Shown piece after piece: positions 1 to 12,336 of a stretch of 64,000 nt of DNA. Source of the stretch: Octopus sinensis. Taxonomy: Eukaryota. Location: the NCBI RefSeq assembly GCF_006345805.1, contig NC_043017.1, positions 17,856,001-17,920,000 on the forward strand, given 5' to 3'. Both the position numbers and the translations under genes were made by a program. Within the stretch, counting starts at the first letter, position 1; every line of letters begins with the position of its first letter. The notes beneath the pieces are model-generated. The model was not told the origin of the DNA. It did no database searches and worked only from the letters and a program-made list of their open reading frames with translations.

Positions 1-270
1 TTTTCCAACCTAAGGAAGGTTGCAGGACACTCTTCACAATGAACTCAGCCAATGGCTAGATGTGCCCTTCATGCGACTGTAGGTGTTCAACATAAACCCA
101 CAAATCTGCAATGATTGGGCATTTGATGATTGTGTGCAGAATATTTTTGTTGCTCTGCATGCATCTCAGGCAGGTCTGACTGATGGCACTTCCTTGCCTG
201 CAGAGTTTATCTCGAACTGGCAGTGCCAGTTCGAGATAAATGCTGCACACAATCAGCTCAGACTCAAATG
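1..270 (-). mobile_element. L1/Tx1-like LINE ORF2 C-terminal (zf-RVT-like) remnant
   Basis: Minus-strand translation ALPVRDKLCRQGSAISQTCLRCMQSNKNILHTIIKCPIIADLWVYVEHL has CxxC...H...C spacing and is similar to the copy at 53396-53827. Confidence 0.7.
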
Positions 271-283
271 ATATGTACTCACT

Positions 284-516
284 AAGGCGGCGAGCTGGCA
301 GAAACGTTAGCACGCCGGGCGAAATGCGTAGCCGTATTTTGTCTGCCGTTACGTTCTGAGTTCAAATTCCGCCGAGGTCGACTTTGCCTTTCATCCTTCC
401 GGGGTCGATAAATTAAGTACCAGTTACGCACTGGAGTCGATGTAATCGACTTAATCCGTTTGTCTGTCCTTGTTTGTCCCCTCTATATTTAGCCTCTTGT
501 GGGTAATAAAGAAACA
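284..516 (+). mobile_element. tRNA-derived SINE family B (MetaSINE-like core), full length
   Basis: A-box-like AGCTGGCAGAAACGTTAG, B-box GAGTTCAAATTCC and core GCCTTTCATCCTTCCGGGGTCGATAAATTAAGTACCAG. 14-bp TSD GATATGTACTCACT at 270-283 and 517-530. Confidence 0.9.
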
Positions 517-530
517 GATATGTACTCACT

Positions 531-1700
531 TTAGTCCATCAAAGACTAAATTGTTGCTTCGTTGTCATGTTGTGCTTCCATCACTCAGGCTCTTTGAATG
601 GTTTTTGTTCCCTTTAGCTCTGACTATACAACCTTCGTGATTACCATTGAGGAATCGGTCAAAGGTCAATCTTGCCACAAGCACATTGGTTGTGATGGTT
701 TTCCTAAGCACATCTCCTATGTTTCTAAGTTTTCCTCTGTTCTATTTCTTTCTATTGCTAATGCCTACCTAAACCCAATTGATTCTACTCTAATTGCCTT
801 TTTCAGGGCAAACCACTATTTGCTGTTGAGGATTGACCCTGCCAAAACTGCTTAAGTAATTTGCTAACCTGTTCTCTGTAAGCTTGGCACAGCAGGACTG
901 ATGCTTTCAGCTTCAAGAAACTAATTGGTACAAAGCTTATCTAGGTCAATTGTGTAAATAATAAATTTGTGGTTTGTGTAGCCAACAATTTTTAAAACAT
1001 GGACAGCATATGCTATCCATATCTCTTGGCCTACAGAATGCACTATCCAGGTATGACCTGGATGATCCAATGCATTTTGTCCACATTGACACATTGACAC
1101 ATTCAGGAAATCCAGTTGATACATGTCAGACAGTTCGAAATGTTTGAGCAGGTTTTCTAGGCTTTTGCATCCTCTTCTTTTATCAGTTAACCCCATATTA
1201 TCCAAATGTGCATCCAAGATGGTGTTTCAGCTACCCACAAGCACTAAAGGTCAAAATGTTCTCAGGAAAACCTCCAGACATCTGAAGAAATCTGGCTGTC
1301 TTACCCCTGTCAGAGCATAAGCAGCCACCAGTCTGAAAGTAACCCCATCACTGTTGTTCATATCCAAGACTATCAACTTACCTTCTGGATCATCTTCTGT
1401 AGCAAATCTCATTTCTCCCTTATAATACATGTTTTTGTACACTTGATAAGTCTCAGATACCTTTCAATTTGTAGCTGCGTTGCTTAATTTTCTGCCTGTT
1501 ATAGCTTATGGTTTTGTGTGCCACAGTTTTTCTATTTGTGTCTTACACTATGGCTTCAGGCATGTTAAGAGTAACTCTTCTTCCATTTCTGTATAATATG
1601 CTTTTTGCATTCTTTAAATCATTCACTAATGATTTTGTATTTTCTTGTGCTTGGTGCACCACAGCAACAAAACTGCCAAGGCTAGATTCTTAAATTGTTG
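531..1700 (-). mobile_element. L1/Tx1-like LINE APE endonuclease and linker remnant
   Basis: Frameshifted minus-strand peptides GKLIVLDMNNSDGVTFRLVAAYA...DFFRCLEVFL and KIVGYTNHKFI resemble the APE motifs (VYAP, SDH). Confidence 0.65.
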
Positions 1701-2138
1701 TTTTCAGTATTTGTATTTATGTTAATGGTTGTTGGTGGTTGTGGTTGAATTTGCAGGTGTTGTATGAAGAATTTGTTTTTTCTTCTACTTGCTTTCCTTA
1801 TTGTTGTTGTTCTTGTTTCTTCAGTCAGCATTGGTAATGGCAGTGGTGGTGTTTTCCATATCTTTTTTCTTTCCTTTTGTTTATCACCAAAGTCACTGTC
1901 ATCATGATCACCACAACCATCACCACATGGTTTTCTCAAGCTTGGCTTCTCTCTCCTTTTTCTTCTCTTTGAATTTTTTCACTTTCCAATGCAGATCCAT
2001 GCTCAAAACATCACTCCTATTTTTTCATCTAAAACTTTCACTGAGTGTCAATCTAATATATTCACTGTGTGTGTACAATTGACTTTAGTTTGTTTAAATT
2101 TTTGATTTGCCTGTATATATATATATATATGTGTGTGT

Positions 2139-2431
2139 GGAGGTGCAATGGCCCAGTGGCTAGGGCAGCGGACTCGCGGTTGTAGGATCGCGGTTTCGAT
2201 TCCTAGACCAGGCATTGTGAGTGTTTATTGAGCAAAAACACCTAAAGGTCCACGAGGCTCCGGCAGGGGATAGTGGTGATCCCTGCTGTACTCTTTCGCT
2301 ACAACTTTCTCTCTTTCTTCTGTTGGCTTGCTCGCTTAGCCAGCGGGGTGGCATCATTTGAAGGCTAAAACAATGCGAAGCGCATTGTGACCAGCGATAT
2401 GTAGCAACATCTGATAGCCTGGTCGGTCACG

Positions 2432-2436
<5 letters not shown>
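2139..2436 (+). mobile_element. tRNA-derived SINE family D (octopus OR-like), tail type 1
   Basis: Head GGAGGTGCAATGGCCCAGTGGCTAGGGCAGCGGACT with A box and B box GGTTTCGATTCC. It sits between microsatellites, and its 5' half is shared with 43630-43935. Confidence 0.8.
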
Positions 2437-2466
<30 letters not shown>

Positions 2467-3380
2467 CACATACAAACACACACATATAAAGTTTTAGAGA
2501 GAGAGATGGTGGGTAGATATACAATCACAGACTATATAAACAATTGGAAGTAATTATGGAAAGACATCAAGAGACAGTTGGAAGTTTATTTGGTTGATAT
2601 AGGGGTGGGGGTTTGAAGGTAGGTAGATGGGAAAGCACAGAAAACCTGAGGTAACAATGTGGGTAGTTGCAGAGACTACCCACATAGTTGAATATAGAGA
2701 CAGGTAATTATATTGAAGTTGTTTGGTGGGTCATGTAGAAAGAGGTGGTTAACTGGGTGAACGTAAAGAGAAACATAATTCTCACCACGTTATCCGATAG
2801 TTTATTCCCCCACTCCCAACTTCTCCCCTTGTTCTTGCTACAGTTGATTGTTTTCTTTCCTCCATCTTCTGTTGCCATGGTGACACCTGTTTATCTCACA
2901 TCACCCCATCCTACAACACCCTGCATCACAAAGAGACCCACCCACCACTCCAACTTTTACAAGGTTTTTTTTTAATAAAAGGGATGGTTTGTATATATAT
3001 ATATATATATATACATGCACACGCATCCTGTTTCTATCTGTCTCACTCCTAGTTCTCCCATCCCAGTATTGACATGCTTGTGTTATGGTGTAGGGCAGAG
3101 GAGAGGAAGAGACAGAGAGTGGCCGGTTACATTACTCAGTGTAGCTGTGAAGATGTGCAAGGGTGGGTGAATGGAGGAGGGTGGTGGTGGTGGTGATGGC
3201 TGTGGATAATGATGATGTTGGGACTGATGGTGGAGAATGAGTCTTCAATGAGTGATTTTAATGATGATGTCACTGTTGTAGATGTCATTTAGCCTCAGGT
3301 CAAATCTAATCGATCAAATTTATGATTAAAGATATTCCAGCCTTGAGCATTCCATCTGTGTGTCAGGTATGAGTGTATCT

Positions 3381-3613
3381 AGGCGGCAAGCTGGCAGAAA
3401 CGTTAGCACGCCGGGCGAAATGCGTAGCCGTATTACGTCTGCCATAACGATGTGAGTTCAAATTCCGCCAAGGTCGACTTTGTCTTTCATCCTTTTGGGG
3501 TCGATAAATTAAGTACCAGTTACACACTGGGGTCGATGTAATCGACTTAATCCGTTTGTCTGTCCTTGTTTGTCCCCTCTGTGTTTAGCCCCTTGTGGGT
3601 AGTAAAGAAACAG
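3381..3613 (+). mobile_element. SINE family B, full length
   Basis: Near-identical to 284-516. Flanking direct repeat CAGGTATGAGTGTATCTAGG at 3364 and 3611. Confidence 0.9.
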
Positions 3614-4670
3614 GTATGAGTGTATCTAGGATTAAATGTTCATGGCTACATCTGCCTGTTTTTCACTTCAAGATGGTGTGGTCTGAATTGAAGATTTGGT
3701 TAATATTTTTAGCAGGTCAACTAACCATATTGAAGATTTTTGCTTTAACTCAAAAGTCATGTTATTATTGTTGTTGTTGTTTAGCCCCAGGTTATCACAA
3801 CTTGAGTACATTTATGATCAAAAGCATTCTACCCATGATCATCTTGCTTTATCGTATATTAGGAACCTCACTATCCAGTGTCTCTTTCCATTCTTTTAAG
3901 ACTGATGGGTATGGTTTGAGGGAGATTTAGCTGCTATTTCTAGCAGGTCACACGACCACATAGAAGCACTAATGCTACATTGTGAGGGTGGTGATGGCGG
4001 TGGTGTTGTTGTATGTATATAATATTGGTTTAAATTGATATTAATTAAATTAATATTAAATTTTTACCCTTCTTATTTAAATATGTATGTATATGTGCAA
4101 GATATGTATATATATGTAGGATATGTATATGTGCATATATATATAGTTTGTATAAAGAGTTTGTGTGTGTGTGCGTATGTTCCTTATGCTTTCAAAAACC
4201 AAGTTGCTGATTTTGACTTATGGGGTATCAAAAGATTCAGTAAACTTTCAGCTACCAACTAAACTTTTTCTTTCACATATTTGCATTACAAAAATATTAT
4301 AATTTTTCTTTTAGCCACCTATTGTAAACAACATTTTATACCACCACCATGATGACGATGACATCACATTTTCTATGAGTGTGTTTGCACATTTGTGATG
4401 TACGTTAGACCGATGACTGACAAGTATATGTGTGTGATGGTGTATGTGTCTGTCAGTATATATACATTTTTGTGATGACTGACACACACACACATGCACA
4501 TCTAAAGACAGACAGACAGACACAATCAGGGACAGAGATAGGCTTGAGGTGTGCATTAATGCATGTCTGTGTGTGTGTGTGTCTTAGTATATGTATGTGA
4601 CTCCCCACCTGCAAACAGTGAAATGCGCCAATTTTGAAACAGTTTAGTTTAGTTGTGGCCTGGACTTTAA

Positions 4671-4891
4671 CCCTTTAGTATTTAAACCGGCCATATCCGG
4701 CCAAAAGTATTCTGCCTGTTTTATGTTCAAACTGGCCAGATCTGGTCTCTCACACCAACCCTACAATATCATTTTAAAAATTAACAGCGACCTCATCAAA
4801 ATCTCATAGCTACAAGATAAAGCATGATTAGTTCAAAACAATCTGGATGAAAAAGCATTAATTTTGGCAGAATAATGCGAACACTAAAGGG
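4671..4891. mobile_element. TTAA-flanked (piggyBac-type) MITE, family 1
   Basis: TTAA-CCCTTTAGT...ACTAAAGGG-TTAA termini. A related copy lies in the opposite orientation at 10363-10754. Confidence 0.8.
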
Positions 4892-5274
4892 TTAAACAAA
4901 CAACAGTTAGGGTTTGAAGTACTACCAACACGAAAATCTGGCTGATTTGACAGCGCTCAATACTTGCAAATATATCTGAAAAAAGTGTTATTCTGGTTAT
5001 TGTAACAAATTCAGAAACTTGGTGAAGTAGAAAACCTCGTGGTTCTTTCAATATAATTACAGAAATGTTATTCTACTCCTTCTAACCAGTTTGAAGATAA
5101 TGATTTTTTAAACAGTCCTTATCATATTCCCTCTATGCTGTTTCATCACTGTGAGATATTAATGATGCACAACCTTTTTACTGTATTAGTCAGTATTCAT
5201 TCTACAGCCTATAATGTTACACTGTTAAAAAATATATAGTAATGTCGAGTTAATTTATATCTTGCTACATACAA

Positions 5275-5447
5275 GGTGCAGGAGTGGCTGTGTGGTAAGT
5301 AGCTTGCTAACCAACCACATGGTTCCGGGTTCAGTCCCACTGCATGGCATCTTGGGCAAGTGTCTTCTGCTATAGCCTCGGGCCGACCAAAGCCTTGTGA
5401 GTGGATTTGGTAGACGGAAACTGAAAGAAGCCTGTCGTATATATGTG

Positions 5448-5478
<31 letters not shown>

Positions 5479-5693
5479 ATATGTTTGTGTGTCTGTGTTT
5501 GTCCCTCTAGCATTGTTTGACAACCGGTGCTGGTGTGTTTACATCCCCGTCACTTAGCGGTTCGGCAAAACAGACCGATAGAATAAGTACTGGGCTTACA
5601 AAGAATAAGTCCCGGGGTCGATTTGCTCGACTAAAGGCAATGCTCCAGCATGGCCGCAGTCAAATGACTGAAACAAGTAAAAGAGTAAAGAGT
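5275..5693 (+). mobile_element. tRNA-derived SINE family A (CORE-like), full length
   Basis: A box GTGGCTGTGTGGTAAG, B box GGGTTCAGTCCC, CORE-like CTTGGGCAAGTG, internal TA/TG microsatellite and a tail ending GACTGAAACAAGTAAAAGAGT. Confidence 0.9.
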
Positions 5694-6039
5694 ATACATC
5701 CTTCAGCAAATGCTTTGAATTAGCATTCACAGCTGCAACATATTTCTTTCTATACACTTTGTTCAGCATTCATTTCAAAATTGTAAAATAAATCATTTTT
5801 GTATGTAAAACTGAATTATGCCTTTCTTGGACTTTCACTGTTTCAGTAACTGGTCCTGAAGTGCAGTGGCATTGCTGGGATCTTTGGCACTATGCAATGT
5901 CAACACGTTTTGGCATTGGTGTAGCTTTCAATGCCAAAATTTGGCACTATTCCTTCTGTGTATTACTGCATACCACTCCCACCTTCACTCCAGGGAGTAG
6001 AGTCTTAGCTGTTTCAGTCTTTCCAAGTAGCTGAGCTGT

Positions 6040-6300
6040 TGCAAAGAGATAACCTTGTTTATGAAGCTTCACTGGATTGCTTCAAGGTCCGCTGTTAATT
6101 TTACACTGAGAGAGACAGGTCTATAATTCTTAGCATCTGCTCTGCTACTTCCCTTAGGGATAGGGCATGTAATGCCTTTCTTCAACTTTTTGGGAAGTCT
6201 CCCTGTGGTGAGGAAGCTCTGGAAGAGAATCTGAAATGGTCTAACTAGAGCCCCTTTGTATTTCTTTAGGAGGATTGCTGGGAATCCAACAAGGCCTGTT
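6040..6300 (-). mobile_element. CR1-like LINE reverse-transcriptase N-terminal fragment
   Basis: Manual minus-strand translation gives GLVGFPAILLKKYKGALVRPFQILFQSFLTTGRLPKKLKKGITCPIPKGSSRADAKNYRPVSL, matching the GPDG...NYRPVSL motif. Confidence 0.8.
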
Positions 6301-6886
6301 GTTGTGCTTGAGCATATATGATGTAATATATATATATATAAATGTAGCTAAACGCGGGTGTTATTCAAATTCTTTTACTTCCGACACATGTTTCAAAGAT
6401 TTATTTATTTATTTATTATACACTCCATTTATTTATTTATATATATTATACAAAATATTTCATGTATCTCCATCTCCACCATCTCACTGAGGAGATAATA
6501 TATACTGAAGGGATGGAAGTAGGTGAAGTAGTTTTGTTTTTTGGTTTTTATATTTCTCTCTTTCCCACTGAGTGAACTCTGCATTGACTACAACAGACAT
6601 GTCTTGTGTGAATATCAGCTATTGATTTGGTTTATGGTGGGGTGAGGGAGAGAGAGAAAGAGAGACTGGACTAAGTGAGTGAGCGTGAAAAAGAGAGTGG
6701 TATGAGACAAACAATATAACTAAAGCTATATGGAACCTAGAGGGGCTTCTACCTAGCCATAAACCTGCTAAAAACAGCAACCAAATTACCTTCAAATCTC
6801 AGCCCACCAGCTTTAAAAGAAATTTATTAAATTGGATGTATAAACTTGTATTTGATGTTTGTGTTTCTTCCTTCCGACAAGCAGGG

Positions 6887-7190
6887 ACACATGTGACTGT
6901 GGCCATGCTGGAGCACCACCTCTAGTCAAGCAAATCGACCCCAGGAGTTATTCTTTGTAAGCCTAGTACTTATTCCATCAGTCTCTTTTGCCGAACCGCT
7001 AAGTTACGGGGACGTAAGCACACCAGCATCAGTTGTCAAGCGATGTTGGGTGTACAAACACAGACACACAAACATATACACACACATACATACATACATA
7101 TATATGATGGGCTTCTTTCAGTTTCCGTCTACCAAATCCACTCACAAGGCTTTGGTCGGCCCGAGACTATAGTAGAAGACACTTGCCCAT
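6887..7190 (-). mobile_element. SINE family A, 5'-truncated
   Basis: Reverse complement of the family A body and tail. Confidence 0.85.
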
Positions 7191-7789
7191 ATATATATAT
7201 TGGGACACATTGATGAATGTAGTCCAAAGTACACTTATGTCTGATAAAATGCAATTGTCACATGTGGATTTCCCCTGCACACAATCTGTCCTTGACAAAT
7301 CTCTCCCTTATAATTCATCTTCATAACACCCCTCTTCCCTCCACCCAGGTTCAGTCACTGCAATACCCCACCACCCACCATATATCTTCCGCTCTTTTTT
7401 CACACTCTTGCAAACTTGCCTACTTTCACACCTTCTCTAGTCCTCAGTACCATTTATATACACCTCCTTGTAACTTGAGGGTACACCCCCAACATATTTG
7501 CATTATCTTCTTGCTCTCCTTCCTTACACTTCCACCTGGGGTGCCGTGTATCTCTTCTACAGCAACACATTTGTTTCTGTCCCTCTCTCATATTTGGACC
7601 CCTCATCATTCAACACAAAGCCACCTCCTGTCATACCATCCAAACCCTGCCAACAAGCAAAACAGATGTTTAAAGATGATGCTGTTCTTATCTACATATC
7701 CATTATCTATTCCTATGCCATAAATCTAAACACCTACAGAGGGTATAGATCCAAATAACCATTATAGAAACTTTCAGTGTGAAATGCTT

Positions 7790-7840
<51 letters not shown>

Positions 7841-7859
7841 TATATGTATATGACTGCAT

Positions 7860-8056
7860 GTGTACCATTGATGATTTCTTTTCTTCCGTCTTCCCTTCTT
7901 TGGATCTTTCCTTTTCCTATGTTTCTGATGAAGAGCTCCGCTCGAAACGTTAAATCCTCCTTCTTTCCTTCCTTTCCTGAGCGTCCAATAACACTATACT
8001 TGTTCCACGTCCTCGCATTGTTGTGTTTTCTCTTTGTGTTTTTATATTTTGATTAA
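7860..8056 (+). mobile_element. Short Penelope-like terminal repeat with minimal hammerhead motif
   Basis: GTTT-CTGATGA-A-GAGC-TCC-GCTC-GAAA-CGTT-AAA at 7921-7954. Flanked by microsatellites, with a degenerate inverted copy at 8775-8965. Confidence 0.65.
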
Positions 8057-8058
8057 CT

Positions 8059-8094
<36 letters not shown>

Positions 8095-8487
8095 AAGAGA
8101 GAGCGAGAGAGAGAAAGAGGAAGACAGTGAAAACTACTTCCTTAGATGTTGAAAATAGATGTTCAAATAAACATCCATGATTTGCCTTGATATGAAATAG
8201 CTGTAATAAGTGGGCAAGATGAATAAAAGTTTATTTCAAAATTACAGTGGTTTAATAGTGTACTATAGTTTCGACTTAACATGCAAATTAAATAAATTTT
8301 AAAAATTAATTTATATAACTTGAATGTTAAACTCGAAACTGGGGGGGGAGGCGTTATTAATTTAAATTTGGCAGCTGACTAGTTGGCTCATGTTATTCTC
8401 TTCAAAACATTACCTCATTCATCCACACCAATTCTAAGTTCAAGGTAGATAGTTATTTTAGATAAAAAAACATATATATATATATAT

Positions 8488-8688
8488 GGGCAAGTGTCTT
8501 CTACTATAGCCTCGGACCAATCAAAGCCTTCTGAGTGGATTTGGTTGACAGAAACTTAGCAGTTCAGCAAAAGAGACCAAAAGAATAAGTACTAGGCTTA
8601 CAAAGAATAACTCCTGGGGTCGATTTGCTCGACTAAAGGTGGTGCTCCAGCATGGCCACAGTCACATGACTGAAACAAGTAAAAGAGT
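8488..8688 (+). mobile_element. SINE family A, internally deleted copy
   Basis: The core GGGCAAGTGTCTTCTACTATAGCC segment is joined directly to the tail segment. Confidence 0.75.
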
Positions 8689-8692
8689 ATAT

Positions 8693-8774
<82 letters not shown>

Positions 8775-8965
8775 GAAAAAATGGAGAAAAAGACAAGAAT
8801 AAAAAAACGTGAGGATGTAGCACATGCAAAGTATTAATAAGATGCTCAGAGAAAGAAAAGAGTGGTTGTTTTACATTTTAAGCATAGCTCTTCTTTGGAA
8901 ACAGGAAACATAGGAAAGTCCAAAGGAAAAGGAAGAAGGAGGGAAAAAAATCGCCAACTGTCCAC
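8775..8965 (-). mobile_element. Degenerate copy of the 7860-8056 repeat
   Basis: The reverse complement reads GTTTCCAAAGAAGAGCTATGCTTAAAATGTAAAAAC (decayed hammerhead core) followed by CTGAGCATC and CCTCACGT as in 7860-8056. Confidence 0.6.
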
Positions 8966-10362
8966 GTGTGTGTGTGTGTCTATTAGACAAAATTCTGTCT
9001 GGAAAAGAAAGTGGATGTTAAAATGGTGGAGGCTGTGATAGCGGCGTAATAGTTGTAAATCACCCTTTCTTTTGTATGGTATTTAATACACTTTTATCTT
9101 GTATGGTATTTGTTATTTAATAAACCTTTATTCGTTGTTGTTGGAATACATCATGTCACTGGCCACTCTGAGTTATTTCTCTCAACTCAAGTGGGACGAA
9201 AATCCAGAACTAGATGGTTCTAAATTGAATATCTTGACCACATGGGCTAGCTGTGTCCACTACCACTTCCACCATCAAGTTGGGCTGTCTGAGCAGTTAT
9301 GATAACCAGAAGAGAGTGGGGAGAGCTGTAGTAGTTAGGACAGACAAACTGGTTTGATTGAGGGAGATACCAGCTGATTAGTTGGTATGAAAATTGGGGA
9401 GAGAGAGAGAGAGAGAGAGTGAAACTGACCAGATGGTTTGATATAGATGGCTAAAGAAAGAGAGGAGACTGAGTATACAGAACTAACCAATTACTAAGCT
9501 AGCCAGTGAGAGAGATAAATGTACTACTACAGGCAACTGACCACTAGCTCTGTTTATCCCTGCCACCACTTCTATTAAACAATCAATCACTAGCTAATGT
9601 TTGACCTTTTATACAGATCAGTTTGGACCTCTACACTGCAGGTTTTTAATCTGTGACTCGTCACTCTCTTCATAACGAGATAATGATTTAATTAAACATG
9701 CTGCTGTCTTGTGATCTATAGTTCTGTGGTTGCGGTCATGGTGGTGTCGTGCTGGTGATGGTAGTTATCATTGAGATGGCTGTGGCCATGTGATTGTTGC
9801 TGTCGATGGTAGTATTGTTAGTTGTGGTGGTAGTGGTTGTGTTAGTGATGATGTCAGTGATTATGATGGTAATGGTTGTTGTTGCAGTGATGGTGGTAGT
9901 AGTGTATATTTTATGTGTAACATAACTAGTTATATATCTGATGTAGATTTTTTTTCACCGCCACCCTCTGCACACATACTAAATATTAACTCTGATCTTG
10001 AAGATCTATAATTGGAGTCATTCCAATCCCAGCCATGACCACCTTGCCATTTATTTAGACTCAGTGTGTCTGCTTCAGACTACATTACCTAAAGTGGTCT
10101 TTGTATTCCTAAATGGAAAGGTTTTATTTGAGTGAGATTTGACTGCTCTATTCAGCAAATTAAAATACCTCCACAGAGGCCCATGCCTTCATTGCTTTTT
10201 GTTTGTTGTTAAATGGAGAAACTAATGAAATATAAATATCAAAATAAAGGTAACTAAGATGGGGGAAGGAGGGTCTGGAAACAGAAACAATTCCTTCAAT
10301 ATTAATAATAATAATTTCAATAATATGAGAAATTATTAATAATTTTAGCTGATGTTTTTTAA

Positions 10363-10754
10363 CCCTTTAGTGTTCAGATTACTCTGTTAAATGTAATTTT
10401 TTTTACTCAAATTGTTTTTAATTAATCCTGCATTATCTTATAGCTTTTGAGGTTTCAATGATGATGATCATCATCATCGTTTAACGTCCGCTTTCCATGC
10501 TAGCATGGGTTGGACGGCTTAACTGGGGTCTGGGAAGCCCGAAGGCTGTACCAGGCCAGTCAGATCTGGCGGTGTTTCTACAGCTGGATGCCCCTTCCTA
10601 ACGCCAACCACTCCGTGAGTGTAGTTTCAATGATGTGATTGTTTATTTTTAGAATGTCAATGTAGATTAGGTGTGAGAGGCTAGATATGGCCAGTTGGAA
10701 TGTAAAACATGTAGAATATTTGAGCCGGATATGGCCAGTTTAAACACTAAAGGG
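10363..10754. mobile_element. TTAA MITE family 1 with nested family C fragment (10464-10623)
   Basis: TTAA-CCCTTTAGTG...CACTAAAGGG-TTAA termini. The nested insert is flanked by the direct repeat GTTTCAATGATG. Confidence 0.8.
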
Positions 10755-11045
10755 TTAAACCTAGTCATCCTGTAGATACCAGTTTGTATAAGACAGTCTC
10801 ATAAGTTTTGAAGGAGATTTAGTTGCTATTTTTGCAAGCTGAATGCCCAGACTGACTACAAACTGAATGCCCACAAGGCTTCCTTGTCATCTTGTTATTC
10901 TTGTTGGTGATGTTGCTGTTGTTTGTAGTTTATCTTGATTTATACTAATGAATATGTTGTTTGCACTAATTAATATGTTGTTTATGCCAATTAATATGTT
11001 ATTAATATTTATACTAATTAATACATTCAATCTGTGTATTTCCAG

Positions 11046-11175
11046 ATGTTAGGAGTATCTGCCAGCAGATAAATATTTACACATATATACAGAGAATTAG
11101 TGAACTGGTACCACAGTGTCCTGGGAGGACATTTAGGAGATTGATATGAACTACAATGCAATGAGCAGGTCTCAG
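11046..11175 (+). other. Possible non-coding (5' UTR) exon
   Basis: TTTCCAG acceptor and CAG|GTAAAA donor around non-repetitive sequence, with stops in all three frames. Splice signals are the only support. Confidence 0.25.
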
Positions 11176-11962
11176 GTAAAATCACTTTTATCTCTCTGCC
11201 ACCAGTAATCACCTGTCATTAATGTTAAAATTGTTTAAATTACAGTCATAATATCCCCATCACCTGTAATCACCTGCCCTCTCTATTATAATTGGTTTAA
11301 AGCAATTTACATGTCACATTCACCTGTAATCATTAGTCTGTATTATTCTGATTTAATACAATAATCTCATACCCACCTCACCTCTACTTACATGCCCACC
11401 CTGTAATGACTGTTTTCATACAATCCCACAACCCCTTCCCATGTAATCCCTTCCGCTTATTCTTTTTATATGGAGATCACAGCCTGTCCTACTGTATCAC
11501 TAACAATGTCTCGTTATGACAATAATTAAAACCTTTCATTAACAATTCAACTATGACAACTCTGTTTTTAAAATGCTTATATCAAAATTAAAATCTTCGT
11601 TCATAATTTCATTAAATAATCTTCCTAACATCAATTTAATTTATTATTTGAATAAATCTTATCAAATTATTAATTATTTTCTAAATTAATTGAAACAAAC
11701 TTTTCTGGGTCTATGTTTTTAATGAGAAATATTCATGAAATTGTTAATTAGTTTTTCATACTAACCCCTATCCTTTCTCCCTCCCAACACACCATCATAC
11801 CTGATATATCTTTGTCATATTTGCATGCTAGTGTCACCACCTGTGAGCACTTATATTGAATATATTAGTTAAAATTCAAATTCTCAAAACATGACATAAA
11901 CATTAACGTGAGAATTTACCAAGTATTAAGTCTTTTGTTCTCTTAGTCTTCCAAAGACCAAC

Positions 11963-12336
11963 ATCATCATCAGCATCATCTTCGTTTAGCGTCCGCTTTC
12001 CATGCTAGCATGGGTTGGACGGTTCAACTGGGGTCTGGGAAGCCAGAAGGCTGCACCAGGCCCAGTCTGATCTGGCAATGTTTCTACGGCTGGATACCCT
12101 TCCTAACGCCGCTGTGATACCAGTGCCGGTGGTATGTAAGAGAACCAGCAGCTGTGATACCAGTGTCGGTGGTACGTAAGAGAACCATCCGAACATAGCC
12201 GTTGCCAGCACTGCCCCGGCTGGCCTTGTGCCGGTGGCATGTAAAAAGCACCATGCGATTGTGGCCGTTTGCCAGCCTCGTCTGGCACCTGTGCCGGTGG
12301 CACGTAAAAAGCACCCACTACACTCACAGAGTGGTT
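11963..12336. mobile_element. Family C retroposon with internal inversion
   Basis: A minus-oriented 3' end with (CAT)n tail (11963-12110) is fused to plus-oriented GTGCCGGTGGCACGTAAAAAGCACC modules. Confidence 0.75.
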
